Source: Octopus vulgaris (lineage: Eukaryota). From it: 64,000 nt of DNA. The DNA is taken from the NCBI GenBank assembly GCA_951406725.2, contig OX597814.1:13888001-13952000 (forward strand), read 5' to 3'. A program made the position numbers and the translations under genes. The notes below the pieces were generated by a model. The model did not search any database. It was given only the letters and a program-made list of their open reading frames with translations, and had not been told where the DNA came from. This document shows positions 16,060 to 29,456 of the stretch, one piece after another (positions within the stretch are counted from its first letter, which is position 1; the number at the start of each line of letters is the position of its first letter).

Positions 16060-16440
16060 AATCAAATGTTTAACCACCCTAATTGTGGAACCTGCATCAA
16101 TCTTATACAATAAACGATACATAAAATCAAATCAGCACAAATGTTCACTACAAAAAATATCATATCACCTGTGCATCTGTTCTTCAATGCGGCAGGTATG
16201 GCGAGGAACACACATGTGAAAGGAGATTGAATTTGAGGGACTGAATATCGGGACACAGTCAGCAGAATCGGGACTCCACAAGTAGAACTTCCGTAATTAA
16301 ACACCTATATCTGTGCCCCCACGAACAAGCATCCACATTACACAATCTTTCTTTTGTGTCAATGCTCTGGAAACACTTCAGTCCTTTGTATAAGAAATAT
16401 ATGCTTATGAAACAAAATATACTCCACAACTAAATTCGTT
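16060..16440 (+). pseudogene. Penelope-like Zn-linker and GIY-YIG endonuclease remnant
   Basis: Across frameshifts: HPNCGTCINLIQ..VLQCGRYGEE..LNLRD*ISGHSQQNRD..VIKHLYICAP..YTIF..KYTPQLN, the typical order of PLE C-terminal motifs. Confidence 0.6.
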
Positions 16441-17359
16441 ATAGAAACACACCAGAATGAGAAAACGTAATTTAATTTTTTGCTACAGGAAATATAATGA
16501 GGATATATAATGAGCATTTGACACACGTAGATATTCATCGTTTTTCCTTCTAACTACATGTCCTTACAACCTACGCTGGTGATTCATGAAGCTATGTATG
16601 GTCGATAGACTATTCATCTGATACTTCGGTTCACTTGGAAATTTTATTAACAAGACATTTCAATACTTACTTTTGAGCCCAACTCATGGTTTCATGGTAT
16701 CATATTAAAATATAATAATTGTAAGATACTGATAGCTTGATAAAGGAAACGTTTTGTATTGTGAGGGATATTGCTCTAAACGCTCGTCGATGCAGACTTC
16801 CAAATTGTTTGATATTAGCAGGTCGAAAATATCAAAATCTGGATATGTTAAAAATAAGTTAAACATGAACATTGCATGGTACGTGAACACTTGAAATAAT
16901 TGCAAAAAGTTCAAACAACGTTAGAATAGCATTCAAGATGGTATAAGTCTAAAAGATGGAACCGGTACTAAAATGTTCTTCATGGTAAAACTATAGGTAG
17001 CTGCAATTATATAACCTAATTAAAACTACATCCTATTGTATTTTGGTCGGTCTTCTAATCAGTCATCGATGACAACGTCATTTCGCCAAGTATCTCGATC
17101 CCTCATCGCCATCTTCAGATATAGAGTCAATCCAATCGTACGTCCTTATTCCAGATGCTTGTTGATCAGTGTCAAACTACGTTTCATGCTTTTGCTCCAT
17201 TTGCTCCATTATTCAGGATGAAAATCGTTAAATGAATGACTAGAATTCCCATTAAAATTCTTAATCTCCAATGTTGATGAGATTTTAACTACCAAAAATA
17301 TAAAAGAAAAGTCTAGATCTTCAATTCCATGTGACACGGGCAATGTCGGGTATCTCTGT

Positions 17360-17446
<87 letters not shown>

Positions 17447-17460
17447 GAGAGAGAGAGACA

Positions 17461-18271
17461 GAGAATTTGCAAGAAAACAAAAGACGAAGACGGATGTGTA
17501 AACAACAAACATATGTATTGGTTTAACGTTCGGGAATTGAGAAAATCTTTTACGCTTCGAGCCTACGCTCTTCGACAGAAAGGAACACAAAATAAACAGG
17601 GAGAGAAAACAGAAAAAGCTTTCGTGGCTAACGATCTATCAAGGCGAATGCCGGACAGCGGGGTCACACATGAGACCTAGGAAGAAGGGGAGATAATAAA
17701 CGAAGGTGCGTGTGTGTGTGTATGTGGGAGCGTGCGTGAGCATGTGAGAGAGAGCTGGTGATAATGACGTGTGCGTGTGTGCAGGTGAAGGGGTCAGTGA
17801 TATGATAGGGTCGATGATGGGTGCCTGTGAGGAGGGTGGTGTTGGAGAAGTAAGGACAAGTGCAGCAGCGTGGGCGGGACCAGGGGAACAACCCGGGTTG
17901 GGTGGTTGGGTTAGGGAGGCGCTGTGAATCAAGAGATCTCGCAGATTGTGGGCTCGTTTAAGGGAGGGGAGGGGTCGGTTAGAGAAGATGTGGGAAGTGG
18001 AAGGGTGGTACTGGAGTCGCCAGAAGGCTCGGAGAATGGTGCGTTGAATGTGGTAGCAGTGAAACTTTAGAACATTTGGTCCTCACCGTAGCCAACAAAC
18101 AGATGCGCATAGTTGGGGGCCCATTCTCGTTCCCCTGACCACTCCCGAAAACTGCTGGTAAAAATCACCCGCGAACGAGAAGCAGTTAAGTGGGAGGACA
18201 AGTTCGGCCAGACGAAGGAGTGTGGATGTGTCAGATTGGGGGTTGGATTAAAGGTCAAGGAAATTGGTGAG

Positions 18272-18275
<4 letters not shown>
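17461..18275 (-). mobile_element. Internally deleted Penelope-like retroelement (RT fragment, linker, pLTR with HHR-like motif)
   Basis: Minus strand: LLRLAELVLPLNCFSFAGDFYQQFSGVVRGTRMG / PNYAHLFVGYGEDQMF (PLE RT), then KRAHNLRDLLIHS and SRPRCCTCPY..DPFTCT (Zn linker); HHR-like motif at 17547-17582; between (GA)n and (TA)n. Confidence 0.85.
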
Positions 18276-18333
<58 letters not shown>

Positions 18334-19631
18334 GAAGTGGTTTTGGTGAAGCATTGTGAGAGTCAACATAGCTACTTTCTCTAAAATATATGTATGTGAG
18401 CGCGTGTGTTTGTGTGTGTGTATGTGTGTGTGCGTGTGTGTGTACGTACTTACATACGTAAATTTATGCATGAGTATGCGGGTAATTTATTATGCATATA
18501 TACAATTTATCATTCCGCAAACATCGTTCACGTGAAGTAAATTTGACTTTATTTTTAGATTAAATAATCTGTATAAAATTCAATTATTATTTGTAAACCG
18601 ATAAATTTTATTTCATTTCACTTTATTCTAAACTTTATTCGTTGAGAATTTATTGTTTTAATTTCCTCCTAATCAAGTTGCTGGTAATTCTAGAGTTATT
18701 ATTTTTATGGAGTTGCTAGTTACCTTATTTACTCATGCCATAATTAATTTCCGGCATGAACTCAAGGATATTTCTGAAGAAATTAATGTTTTCCTGTATT
18801 TACGCAACAACATATCTTAGAACGCGAGTAGGACTGAGAAATTTCTAACACATGTTTTTATTTGCCTCTGAATTTAAAATTTGATTGAAAACTTAAAGGT
18901 AGAAAGCTATATATTCCAAAATGAAATAATTTGTCTAGTCTGTTAGAAAGATACCTTAGGAAATGTGCAATAAATTATACATAGCATGATTGTGTCTGTG
19001 CGATTAATTTATTACTCTTACGTGTTTGACATTTCTAAAAATCAATGTTACAAGTCTCCGAATATTTCGAAAATATTTTGTGATTATTATTGCTTTGTAC
19101 GCAATGTCGTTTCTGCCGGTATCGAATAAGACTAGTAAAATTCACAGTCAAATTCAAGACCAGCTCCGTATAAGAGACTATGTTTATTTCAGACGAAACT
19201 TAAAGTGGTCGGGCTAGCGCTGTTCACAACACTACCGTATTTCTAAAGGTTACCCCGAAATAGGAGTGACCCACACTAGCGGTGCAAAACCAGAAATGTT
19301 ATAAATAGCCCATAGTGTTATCACGAATCATCCCCAGAAGAACAGCCAATTGGTCTTCATCGACTACCAGAATTTCTAGGAACAGTTCATATAGCTTTAC
19401 ACTCCGCTTATACTCTGCTGTTTCTAACAAACATGGCCACCACATTTCACTGAAAATATCTCCTCATCAGTGGATACAACGGATTCCAGTTTTCTAGACA
19501 CAGATGCTGACAGAGAAGGGTCAGTCTGATCAGAGGAACACCTCTCGTCCACAAAAAGTAGAAATGCTAGTTAACTATTCTTGTTCAGTAATATGAGAGT
19601 AAGTCATGAATATGATGGATAGGATATAGAA

Positions 19632-19941
19632 TAGGGGTTCTCAACCGGGGCCCATAGGGAACATGTGGGTCCATATAAAATTTTTTGGCTCCATGGATGC
19701 AATATAGTAAACTGGGTTCTACAGTAATTTTTCAGGGATCATGAAAAAATTGTACTCAGACCAGTAAAGTTTGTGTGCAATAAATTGATTATTCGTCCAC
19801 AATACACAAAATAATTTAGCTATTTTTATAGAATTATAAAAATATAAGATTTTTTAAACATTGAATGACTATGGAGGTCTACCCAAGTAAAACAGGAATA
19901 AAAGGGGTCCACTGGTAAAAACAAATGGTTGAGAACTCCAG
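19632..19941. mobile_element. hAT (Charlie-like) MITE
   Basis: TIRs TAGGGGTTCTCAACC and GGTTGAGAACTCCAG; 8-bp flanks ATATAGAA and ATGTAGAT (6/8 match). Confidence 0.8.
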
Positions 19942-20971
19942 ATGTAGATATTCGGGGGAAAGTCAATGAGATGAAGATATTCGCAGGGAAGTCATGAAGA
20001 AGCTGGATACGGTGCAGATCTTCGCCAACTGTACTCGAATCATCACAGATTATTTTCCATTTGGCACATGTCTGGGTTGGACAATCCACCCTACTTGTTT
20101 TCTCTTTGCATTCATTGTTTACACATAGAACTGGACCCAAAGCAAACCTGAATAATTTACCGAATCCATCCGTTCAGCACAGCACGTCACCCTTGCAAAT
20201 GCATTGACCTGCCTCTCCAGATTACAAGCGGCAAGCCCAATGACTTCAAGTATGTTATGTTTTCTCGTATTCCTTGAAAACATCAGTAGAGGTAATTTTA
20301 GCAGTGGACATTATAAAAAAATGCAAACAAGTTTACGTAAATATCATTACACATACAATACAGAAAATAGACAATATACTTAACACACGCATCGAATGGA
20401 AAGAATATTCTGGAACACGATACAGAGACGTAAGCTGTTACAGTAACGCACTGTATAATAAATAGCTCATAAAAACAGAACTAACGCAGGAAATACTCAG
20501 CATTGTCACCAGCCAGAAACAAGATACGTTAAGTTTCATGACCAATATCTGATGTAGTAACCGATTCCTTCATAAGTCTCACATACTAGTGCAACAACTA
20601 AATATTAACCAATGTACCAAACACATACTCTACACTATCACTGCTTGGGCCTGGCAGACAGACAAAAGCGATAATGCAAAAATACGAAACTTAATTATTT
20701 TGTAATAAAATAAAAGACAATTTATAGCAAGTATTCTTTTACAGGTATTCTCAAAGCAATTCTTCCAAGTACCATTTTCTACATACATCAGGATCACATT
20801 TGGGCGTTACTTAGATCGTTTGCATCAAAAAGTACTTTGAAGATACGTTTATAACCTCCAAAATTTTCCTCAGCAATTACGGGAAAATGCTCTTCAGGAT
20901 TTTTATAGGTACTGTTATTAATGCATTTAAAATATAAAAAAAAGCAAAGCAAAGAGTAACTAATTGGTGTA

Positions 20972-21185
20972 ATAATGGAACCTCAAAAACAGAGTAAAAA
21001 CAACAGTCCATATACAAATGCATATATATACATATGCGTATATGCATATATATACGTATATGTTTGTGTGTGTGTGTGTATGCATATATATATGTATAAT
21101 GGAACCTCAAAAACAGAGTAAAAAGTACAGTCCATATATAAATGCATATATATACATATGCGTATATGCATATATATACGTATAT
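20972..21185. repeat. ~125-bp-period tandem duplication
   Basis: taatggaacctcaaaaacagagtaaaaa..cagtccatata.aaatgcatatatatacatatgcgtatatgc twice. Confidence 0.9.
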
Positions 21186-21202
21186 ATATGTGTGTGTGTG
21201 TA

Positions 21203-21251
<49 letters not shown>

Positions 21252-23207
21252 CGTAATGTATAAAATACAAAATTGAGGACATGTAGTCTACAGAAATAGG
21301 ATTAGATGACGAGAAAACAAGAGAAAAGTTTATAAATATAAGACAAACTCCAATTCGAAACATTTACTTGGATTATATTTATAATGGGATTTTGAAAATG
21401 TATTATGAAATAAGAAATGAGGATGGATTCTATAAAAAAAATGATTGAACTTAGTATCTTCTGTGATTTGCTTTCTTTGTTTTTCATGTTTTAAAGAAAT
21501 TACATTGGAAAGAAATGCTACTAAGTATCCTCCGAACAAAAAATATCCAAAGCAATACCAGATTAATGTCACGGAAAAAATCTGTGCTTTTTTCTTCGAT
21601 TACTATTGAAATCGGAAAAAAGTATTCTAATTTTTTGTACATTTCATTTCCAATTTCCAAACTATACTTTTGCTTCAGTTTTTTTTTATTATTTTCAGTA
21701 GAAATGTTGTAAAGGCCACCTTACAACTATAGTTATAGAAGCATCAAAGCAACGTGGATATTGCACTTTACAAACCTTTTGACTACGAGTGAAACGTCAA
21801 GGGTGACAGTGCTGTGATGCAGCTTTCGGGAAAAATACTTTTTTTCTACAAAAGTATTTTTCAGTTCTAGAATTTCATCGTTATTGCCATTAGTAGTATT
21901 TTTTAATGGACAGTTCGAATGGAATTAGCTTTAATGAAACTTTGTTATTAAAGAAAATATCGGATGTATGCATTATGTAATGTCATTAAATATTAGAAGT
22001 GTTCTTTTGATGGTAGGAAAGAGCGAATTAATAGGTCTTCACGATGTACAAGAACAGATTTTGGTATTGACATTTCTCTAATAAATATCCATTTTACCAA
22101 TGAAACGTTTCAGTTATACAGCGAAATTTATGGATTCTAAAAACATTACAAAATATCTTCTCTGCAAATAAACCTGTGAATATAAAATAAATTCTTCTTC
22201 TTTGATATAAATCCTTCTTAATATGGGTCTCCTACCCTTTACACCTCCTTACATGCCACTTACCTATGCAAGTGCCAGTTGAAAGAATAATATGGATAGA
22301 ACAAAAGGGGAAAAAAGAGGCTTCATCATTCTCAGCTGAGTCCACCACACTGTGTCTTTCGATATAACCAAGAGCCTGAGAATAAATATCAGACCTTTTT
22401 GACCAAAGAAAGATGAAGGGACGACTTTTAAACGAATAAGAAAATAAGAAGAGGCACGAAGGATGAGATCTATGAAGAAAAGCTAACGTTTACTGAATAT
22501 TATTGCCATTCAAAATAGTTATCTACAAAACATGGATTAATTTCGTTTTTGCTTTGATTGTTTAGAAAAAGTTTACACCGCTTAGCATACGTCTTTCTAT
22601 TCATTGGGTGCATGCTACCATAAAAATGATTAAGTGAGAAAAAGAAAGCCTGAAATGGGAAATACCCGGATAAACGACACTATTCAGTACAAAAGAGCAA
22701 TTCATATGCGAAGTTTGATTTTAATGCTGACGAAAGATGTAGCAAGTAAAGAAATATTTAGAGGGAGTCTATCCAGCATTAATCCACCCGAATGGAATGG
22801 CCAGTACTAATATTCATAAGTACGAAAAATTGATTATAAAAGAATTATGAACATTGAATTGATAATATTGAGTAGTTATTCTACGAAAACATTGCATATA
22901 GATTTCTACCACACTTAAAGAGAACAAACGATTTCAAGACACGGATCTTAATATCGACCTCGGTATGTCATTAGCTTTCCATTACCGATAGCTGAAGAAT
23001 TAAAGAGGATTAATGTCTAAGTTGACTCTGGTGGCATCTGAACCAAGAAATTATATTGCCGTTGCTACAAGACGTAGCTTTTAGCGATAATGGTACACAT
23101 GCTCATATACGAGAGAGAAAGGAAACTTTTGTTTCAGTAATTTACCGAATACAGTTATGCATTTTTTTTTAAAAACGAAAGAGAGCGCAAGAAATAATAA
23201 TCTATAT

Positions 23208-23590
23208 CTTTTCTACTCAAGGCAGAAGGCCCGAAATTTTGTGGGATGGGGCCAATCAATTAGATCGACGCCAGTACGCAGCTGGAACGCAATTTATATC
23301 GACCCCGAAAGGATGAAAGGCAAAGTCGACCACAGCGGAATTTGAACCCAGAACGTAAAGAGAGTTGAAATACTTATTTCTTTATTACTCACAAGGGGCT
23401 ACGTACAGAAGGGACAAACCAGGACAGACAAATGGATTAAGTTGATTATATCGGCTCGAATGCGTAACTTGTTTAATCGACCCCGAAAGGATGAAAGGCA
23501 AAGAGGACCTCGGCGGAATTTGAACTCAGAACGTAACGGCAGACGAAATACGGCTAAGCATTTCACCCGGTGAGCTAACGTTTCTGCCTT
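23208..23590 (-). mobile_element. SINE family A, dimeric or composite copy
   Basis: Core atcgaccccgaaaggatgaaaggcaaag..cggaatttgaac.cagaacgtaa occurs twice (about 23298 and 23476). Confidence 0.85.
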
Positions 23591-24775
23591 CATAATCTAA
23601 ATTATATTGAAAAGGTAGAGATGGATCGTCAAAAACTAAAAATTAGTCATGAAAACTGTATGCATTCGTGAGACGAGTTACAATTAGGAAACAAACGTAA
23701 TACAAATACAATAATTGAGCATATATGCCTAACTGAACTTTAGTTATATATCCAAACACTTGCCATTGACCAGTATTTTATACATAATGCTATATTTAAA
23801 ATAGTACTCACGCAGATCTAAATGTAATTTTTAAAAAGTAGATAGAAATAGAGGGAAACCGCACATAATAAAAACGGTGGAGCGCTCAATGAGTCACACA
23901 AATATAAAGAGTGTTTCATTCTTAAAGAATTTACAACGTGGTTCATGAACCAAAATTTTGGATTCTATACAATCCCACATTCTGATAGAAATTTCAGGAA
24001 AATCTCAAAACTCGCTCAGGGAAATAAATAACCAGAAGAGAAATGGTGTGTTAAGAACAATTGTAAAAACAAAATTGACCCAATGATACAGAGATAAAAG
24101 GAATTAATCAGTGAATTCCTTACTATAAGAATAACATATATGCACGCATTGTTGTCGGGTCAAGTGAGCAAAATAAGCCTGAAATAGAAATATATGAAAC
24201 AAGGGACAATGAAAGGGAGACGCTGAATATATCTAGTTATACATAGGGAATTTCTACTAAAGACAAAATATTAAGGCAAATATTTCAGAAAATTGTTATC
24301 GAGATAAAATATATCGTTAGAAGAGAAAGTTTTAGAAAAAGGCATGAAATTGAAACAAAAGTAGTGCGCAGCACGCGATTGGAAAGTAATGGACATTACT
24401 TGAAACATAACGAACTCTGTGAAAGAATTTACAGAAGACAATAAAAGTAAAGTAAATAAAAAAAAGAAATATGACGATAACGGAATCATAAAGAGCTCTC
24501 AAATTACAACAATGTTGGGTGGTAATATGAACATCGTTAGCTATAACAAACGAAAATGCATAAGAAAATTACAGAGTAGTCAGGAACAGGGAGTGGAATG
24601 TAAGTTGTTAATAAAATACGCGTAGCAAGAGCAAAGTATTGTGAGAAAAGACGTATGATTTTAATACATAAAAGAAATAATTGGGATTATAATTAGTAGA
24701 ATAGACTAAGTGCCAAAAGTATTTGAGTCAAATAAACTACTTCAACACTCTAGCAGCTGTGTGTTGTGTTGTGTC

Positions 24776-25163
24776 TTACTTGTTTCAGTCATCAGACTGT
24801 GGTCATGCTGGGGCATCGCCTTAAATTTATAGTCGAATGAATCGACCGCAGTATATAACTTTTAAGCCTGGTATTATTCTACCGGACTCTTTTCGTGAAA
24901 TGCTAGATATGACGACGCATATACACCAACACTGATCGTCATACACTAGCTGGCGCAGACAGACACAGATGCAAACACACACACACACACATACATGCTA
25001 ACACACACACACACATATATATATATATATCCTATGTTTCCAACGAAGAGCTCCGCTCGAAACGTTAAACCTTCCTTCTTTCCTGGGCGTCCAATAATAC
25101 TATATTTGTTCCACGTCCTCGCGTTGTTGTGTTGTTTTGTGCTTTCTTGTTTGGATTAACTTT

Positions 25164-25213
<50 letters not shown>

Positions 25214-25375
25214 GTATATGCATACGACAGATTTCTTTCAGTCTCCGTCTACCAAATCCACTCGCAAGGCATTGGTCAGCTCGATGCTCCAGTAGAAGAC
25301 ACTTGCCCAAGATGTCACGCACTGTGACTGAACCCGGAATCATGTGGTTGGAAAGTAAGCTGCTTTTCACGCCTG
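24776..25375 (-). mobile_element. SINE family B split at its internal microsatellite by a PLE pLTR fragment
   Basis: 3' half at 24776-24960, tRNA-like head at 25225-25375, insert at 25031-25165. Confidence 0.8.
25031..25165 (+). mobile_element. PLE pLTR fragment with mutated HHR
   Basis: Closely similar to 43330-43470 and to the reverse complement of 61935-62070; motif at 25036-25070 has core CCAACGA. Confidence 0.75.
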
Positions 25376-25614
25376 AACCAATGTCTTCAAAAGCTGCAAA
25401 ATTCACAAATAACTAGTCACCACCAATTTAAAAATACTGTAAACTAATCGCCTATTCATCAACAACATTAAAATGTCAGTGTATACGTAATCTTTGTTAG
25501 TCTACAAATATTTCGACGAGTATAAAAGTATTCCTGAGGCAGATATCGTATCATGCAGAGACTGGAGATAACATAGACCAACTTACTTTCATGCTAAAAA
25601 AAAAAAAGGCTTGT

Positions 25615-25760
25615 ATGGAGGCGAGTGGATTAGTTGTGAGGGTATTAGACTCATAATCGTAAGGCGGTGGTTTCGATTTTGGGATCAGTCCAAGCAAATT
25701 TCTCTTCTGCAAAACTCTTCTTTCACATAACATTCACGTTCACTCAGCTAGCAAAAATGA
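25615..25760 (+). mobile_element. Decayed tRNA-derived SINE
   Basis: A/B-box-like head (gagtggattagttgtgagggtattagactcataatcgtaaggcggtggtttcgatt); a related reverse copy lies at 48090-48240. Confidence 0.55.
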
Positions 25761-26353
25761 ATATTCTTGAGACGAACCGACATCCCATTTTGCCGGGTGT
25801 ATATTCGACATGGAAACAGTGAAATAGCTCTATAGATATATGACTTAAGGAGGACCTTTATTCTCTTTTGAAAAGACTTAATTGTAAGTTTGGCTTTAAA
25901 AGCACGACAAACTTTTATGTATAACTGCCGCGATATTCAGTTCCTATGTTTACGACGTCTTAAATGAATAAAAGGAAATGATAGAATTCACGCATTATAT
26001 ACAACTCAAATTCTTTTCAAAAGTGTTTCTTGAGATGTCCCTTTGGTAACTACATCTGACAGAAAAGAATATTGAGATAACTTATGTATATTGATAACCT
26101 CAAAAAAGAAATATTTGTTACAGACTACACTCCATGTAACTATATGACAAATGCATGAAAGGATTCTTATAATTAGAATACTGGAAACCGTTATCTACCA
26201 AGGAAAAATAAAGAAACGCCAAATGCTAATTCTTCATAAAGCATTCTTTATATATATTCATACACACACACATACATGTACACACACTCACTAATACACA
26301 AACGTGCACACACACACACACGAACACAAATACACACACATACATATAAATAC

Positions 26354-26421
<68 letters not shown>

Positions 26422-26678
26422 TTCTGATCTGATCTCATATATTCTTATAATCTTTTGGATATATACTCTCAATGCTGTATAAAATCCAAGGAAGCTTATC
26501 GAGTGAAGAACATCTGTTTGAATATAATGTTTTCATATGTTTAGATCTATGGGTATTTTGTACTGACCTTATATTGAGAACGGTTTCATAAATATTTAGT
26601 GCTAATGGAAAATGCTTATCAACACATGTCACAATGTATATCATATTGAAAATAGAATCGGTTATTATAAGTTAGATA

Positions 26679-27126
26679 CGAGAGGTTGCTGAAAAGTTCC
26701 TGGCGTTGAAGGTAGCTGGCAGAAACGTTAGCACGCCGGGCGAAATGCGTAACCGTATTTCATCTGGCATTACGTTCTGAGTTCAAATTCCGCCGAAGTC
26801 GACTTTACGTTTCATCCTTTCGGGGTCGATAAATTAAGTACCAGTTACGCACTGGGGTCGATGTAATCGACTTAATCCGTTTGTCTGTCCTTGTTTGTCC
26901 CCTCTGTGTTTAGCCCCTTGTGGGTAGTAAAGAAATAGGTATCGCGAAAGACATGGTTGGAAACCCAACGTTCAAAGTTATTTTATACGACATAGAAAAC
27001 ATGCAGCACCGTTTCCATAAGTGTGTGAATCTGAGAAGCAAATGAATATGTTGAATAAAATTATGATTAACTGATCTTCCAATATTTCTTTTATCCCAAA
27101 GCCAGGACCTTTTTAGTAACCACTCG
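26679..27126. mobile_element. mariner-derived MITE containing a SINE insertion
   Basis: TA|CGAGAGGTTGCTGAAAAGTTCCTGGC..GCCAGGACCTTTTTAGTAACCACTCG|TA; inside is a mariner C-terminal trace (MQHRFHKCVNLR..EYVE*). Confidence 0.8.
26714..26940 (+). mobile_element. SINE family A, well preserved
   Basis: tRNA-like head, B-box gagttcaaattcc, central tttcatcctttcggggtcgataaattaagtacc (resembles the Meta-SINE core); AGGTA on both flanks. Confidence 0.9.
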
Positions 27127-27584
27127 TATAGCCGATATTCTCAAGGTATTATTTTTAAGAATTTGATAACTAGGAATTTATTCTGTTTTATATGCCCGTT
27201 AGCCAAATGTAGCATATATAAATTTAGAGGTGGTCTAAAGATATAACGTGAATTGTTTGCCATTAAATTAAGACAAATGCAATTTCGGTTTAATAAAGTA
27301 TACATGTTCACAATGATATTATGTCCACTCATGCAAAGTGAACTGGTATAATACGAATGCACTGACTACTACTGTGTAACTTTGAACCGTACTTGTGTTT
27401 TGCTTTTCTTAAATGTGTTCTTTGTATTATTAATCAATACATAGAAGTATTTTGCAGGCACAAAGGTTGTCTTAATGACATGGTTTTAATGAAGTTTAAC
27501 TTGTTGTTTCGAGAGAAAATTGCATTAACTAAGGGTAAATCGAAGAGAAATAATTATATTATTCATGGTGTTAAAATGTGATAG

Positions 27585-27757
27585 TAATGATGATGATGAT
27601 GACGATGACGATGATGACGACGATGGTGACGATGCTGATGCTGCTGCTACTGCTGATGATGATGATGAGAAGGAGGAGGAGAGGAGGGGATGATGATGAG
27701 CACGAGGAGGGGGAGGAGGGGGAGGAGAGGATCATGGAGGTGGTTGCGGTGGTGGTG
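27585..27757. repeat. (GAT/GAC/GCT/GAG)n compound trinucleotide repeat
   Basis: Direct reading. Confidence 0.9.
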
Positions 27758-28551
27758 ACATTCTGCTGAATTTGATAGCGTTGGTGATTTTCATTACATT
27801 AATTGTATGGAAGATGTAAGAGTAATGCAGATGATACAAATGGTTTCTTACCGAACATGATGCTAGAATATCATTTGTGCTAAGACGTATTCAATTTTGT
27901 TTTTGTTTTTTAAATATATTCGTATATGTTGAAATATGTATTTTAACATATTTCAACAAAATAATTAATATCTGGTAAAAATTAAACAGAAGAATATCAA
28001 GAAAAAGAAATGCTGAGATGAGCTTCGTAATCAAATAATGTGCAAGTTCGATTTTCTGAGATTCCTATTTTATCAACCGATTTTGAAGACACTTAAATCT
28101 ATTACGTCAATCGATCCGTGCTGAAAATACTTGAGTTCGCATAGCATAATGTACTTAGAGTCAAACATCAAAATGTCATGCTCTTTAGTTCAACTCAGTC
28201 CATTTTTACTTTACAACACCAAAAAACATCACAAAATAATGCATGCTTAAACAGATTTTTCCATATACAAAGTCAATCCTTTATTGAAGGTATATCTAAT
28301 TGGTCTGAGTAACAAAATCTACATATTCAGTGGTATGAGTAAGAAAGTTGATCTACATATTAAGTAGTAGACTGATTACGATAACTTTGTGATAAGAAAC
28401 TTGCTTCTAAACCACACGTTTCCAGGTTCAGTCCCACTACGTGGCAACATTGCGCAACAGTCTTTTACTACAGCCTCTAAGCTACCAAAGCCTTGTGAGT
28501 GGATTTCGTAAACAGAAGCTAAAAGAAGCTAGTCGTATGTACATATATATA

Positions 28552-28658
<107 letters not shown>

Positions 28659-28715
28659 GTGTAAATATATATATATATATATATACGAGAAAAAAGCAAC
28701 AAGAATGGATTAGTT

Positions 28716-28806
28716 TTTTAGTACAATTGTTTCATACAAAGACAGGCTTTATTAAAAGCTGCAAATATTGCAGCAAATACAAGTGTCGCGTACTCATCAG
28801 CTAAAA
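28716..28806 (-). ncRNA. Type I hammerhead ribozyme (copy in the left arm)
   Basis: Reverse-complement copy of 29118-29207 with an intact core. Confidence 0.8.
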
Positions 28807-29117
28807 CACATATGAGTTCTCCAAACATCTTAGTGGGTGAGGCTACACTCATGAAGTATCGGAGATAATTCTATAAAAAGCAAATTCAGGTTGTTAGCGG
28901 ACTTCCAAATTTCTCTGGAAATTTGCACCTACATTATGGATTGATTCACCTTCTCTGTGAAGCTAATAAGCTTTTTTAAAACCTGTGATAAGACTGTGCA
29001 TCATCATTAAAGAACTTTGGAAGTCCGCTTACAACCTGAATTTGCTTTTATAGAATTATCTCCGATACTTCATGAGTGTAGCCTCACCCACTAAGATGTT
29101 TGGAGAACTCATATGTG

Positions 29118-29207
29118 TTTTAGCTGATGAGTACGGGACACTTGTATTTGCTGCAATATTTGCAGCTTTTAATAAACCTGTCTTTGTATGAAACAATTGT
29201 ACTAAAA
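29118..29207 (+). ncRNA. Type I hammerhead ribozyme
   Basis: Stem I TTTTAG/CTAAAA; CTGATGA (29124-30); stem II GTAC..GTAT with inner hairpin GCTGCAA/TTGCAGC; GAAAC; palindromic AATT; GUA triplet with predicted cleavage after 29201. Confidence 0.85.
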
Positions 29208-29352
29208 AACTAATTCATTCTTGTTGCTTTTTTCTCGTTTATAATCACCCCACATTATTGTATGGTTTATACCATATAGTTTTCTGGTGCATCTAAGTTA
29301 AGTACCGCATTCAAGTGAATTCATTAGAACTGACTTGAATCTTAATTACTTT

Positions 29353-29456
<104 letters not shown>

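Noticed and set aside
17060-17122. Minus-strand CTGAAGA..GAAAT-GACGTT-GTC HHR-like motif
   Set aside because: Stem II does not pair and stem I is only about 2 bp; at best a decayed copy.
17334-17358. Possible Helitron 3' end (acacgggcaatgtcgggtatctctg)
   Set aside because: Terminal CTAG is absent and no 5' end was identified.
19950-20255. Cys-rich ORF and possible splice sites suggesting a host exon
   Set aside because: No recognisable domain or partner exons, and the ORF runs into a hAT MITE.
26714-26800. tRNA gene
   Set aside because: SINE head with A/B boxes but no full cloverleaf, continuing into the SINE body.
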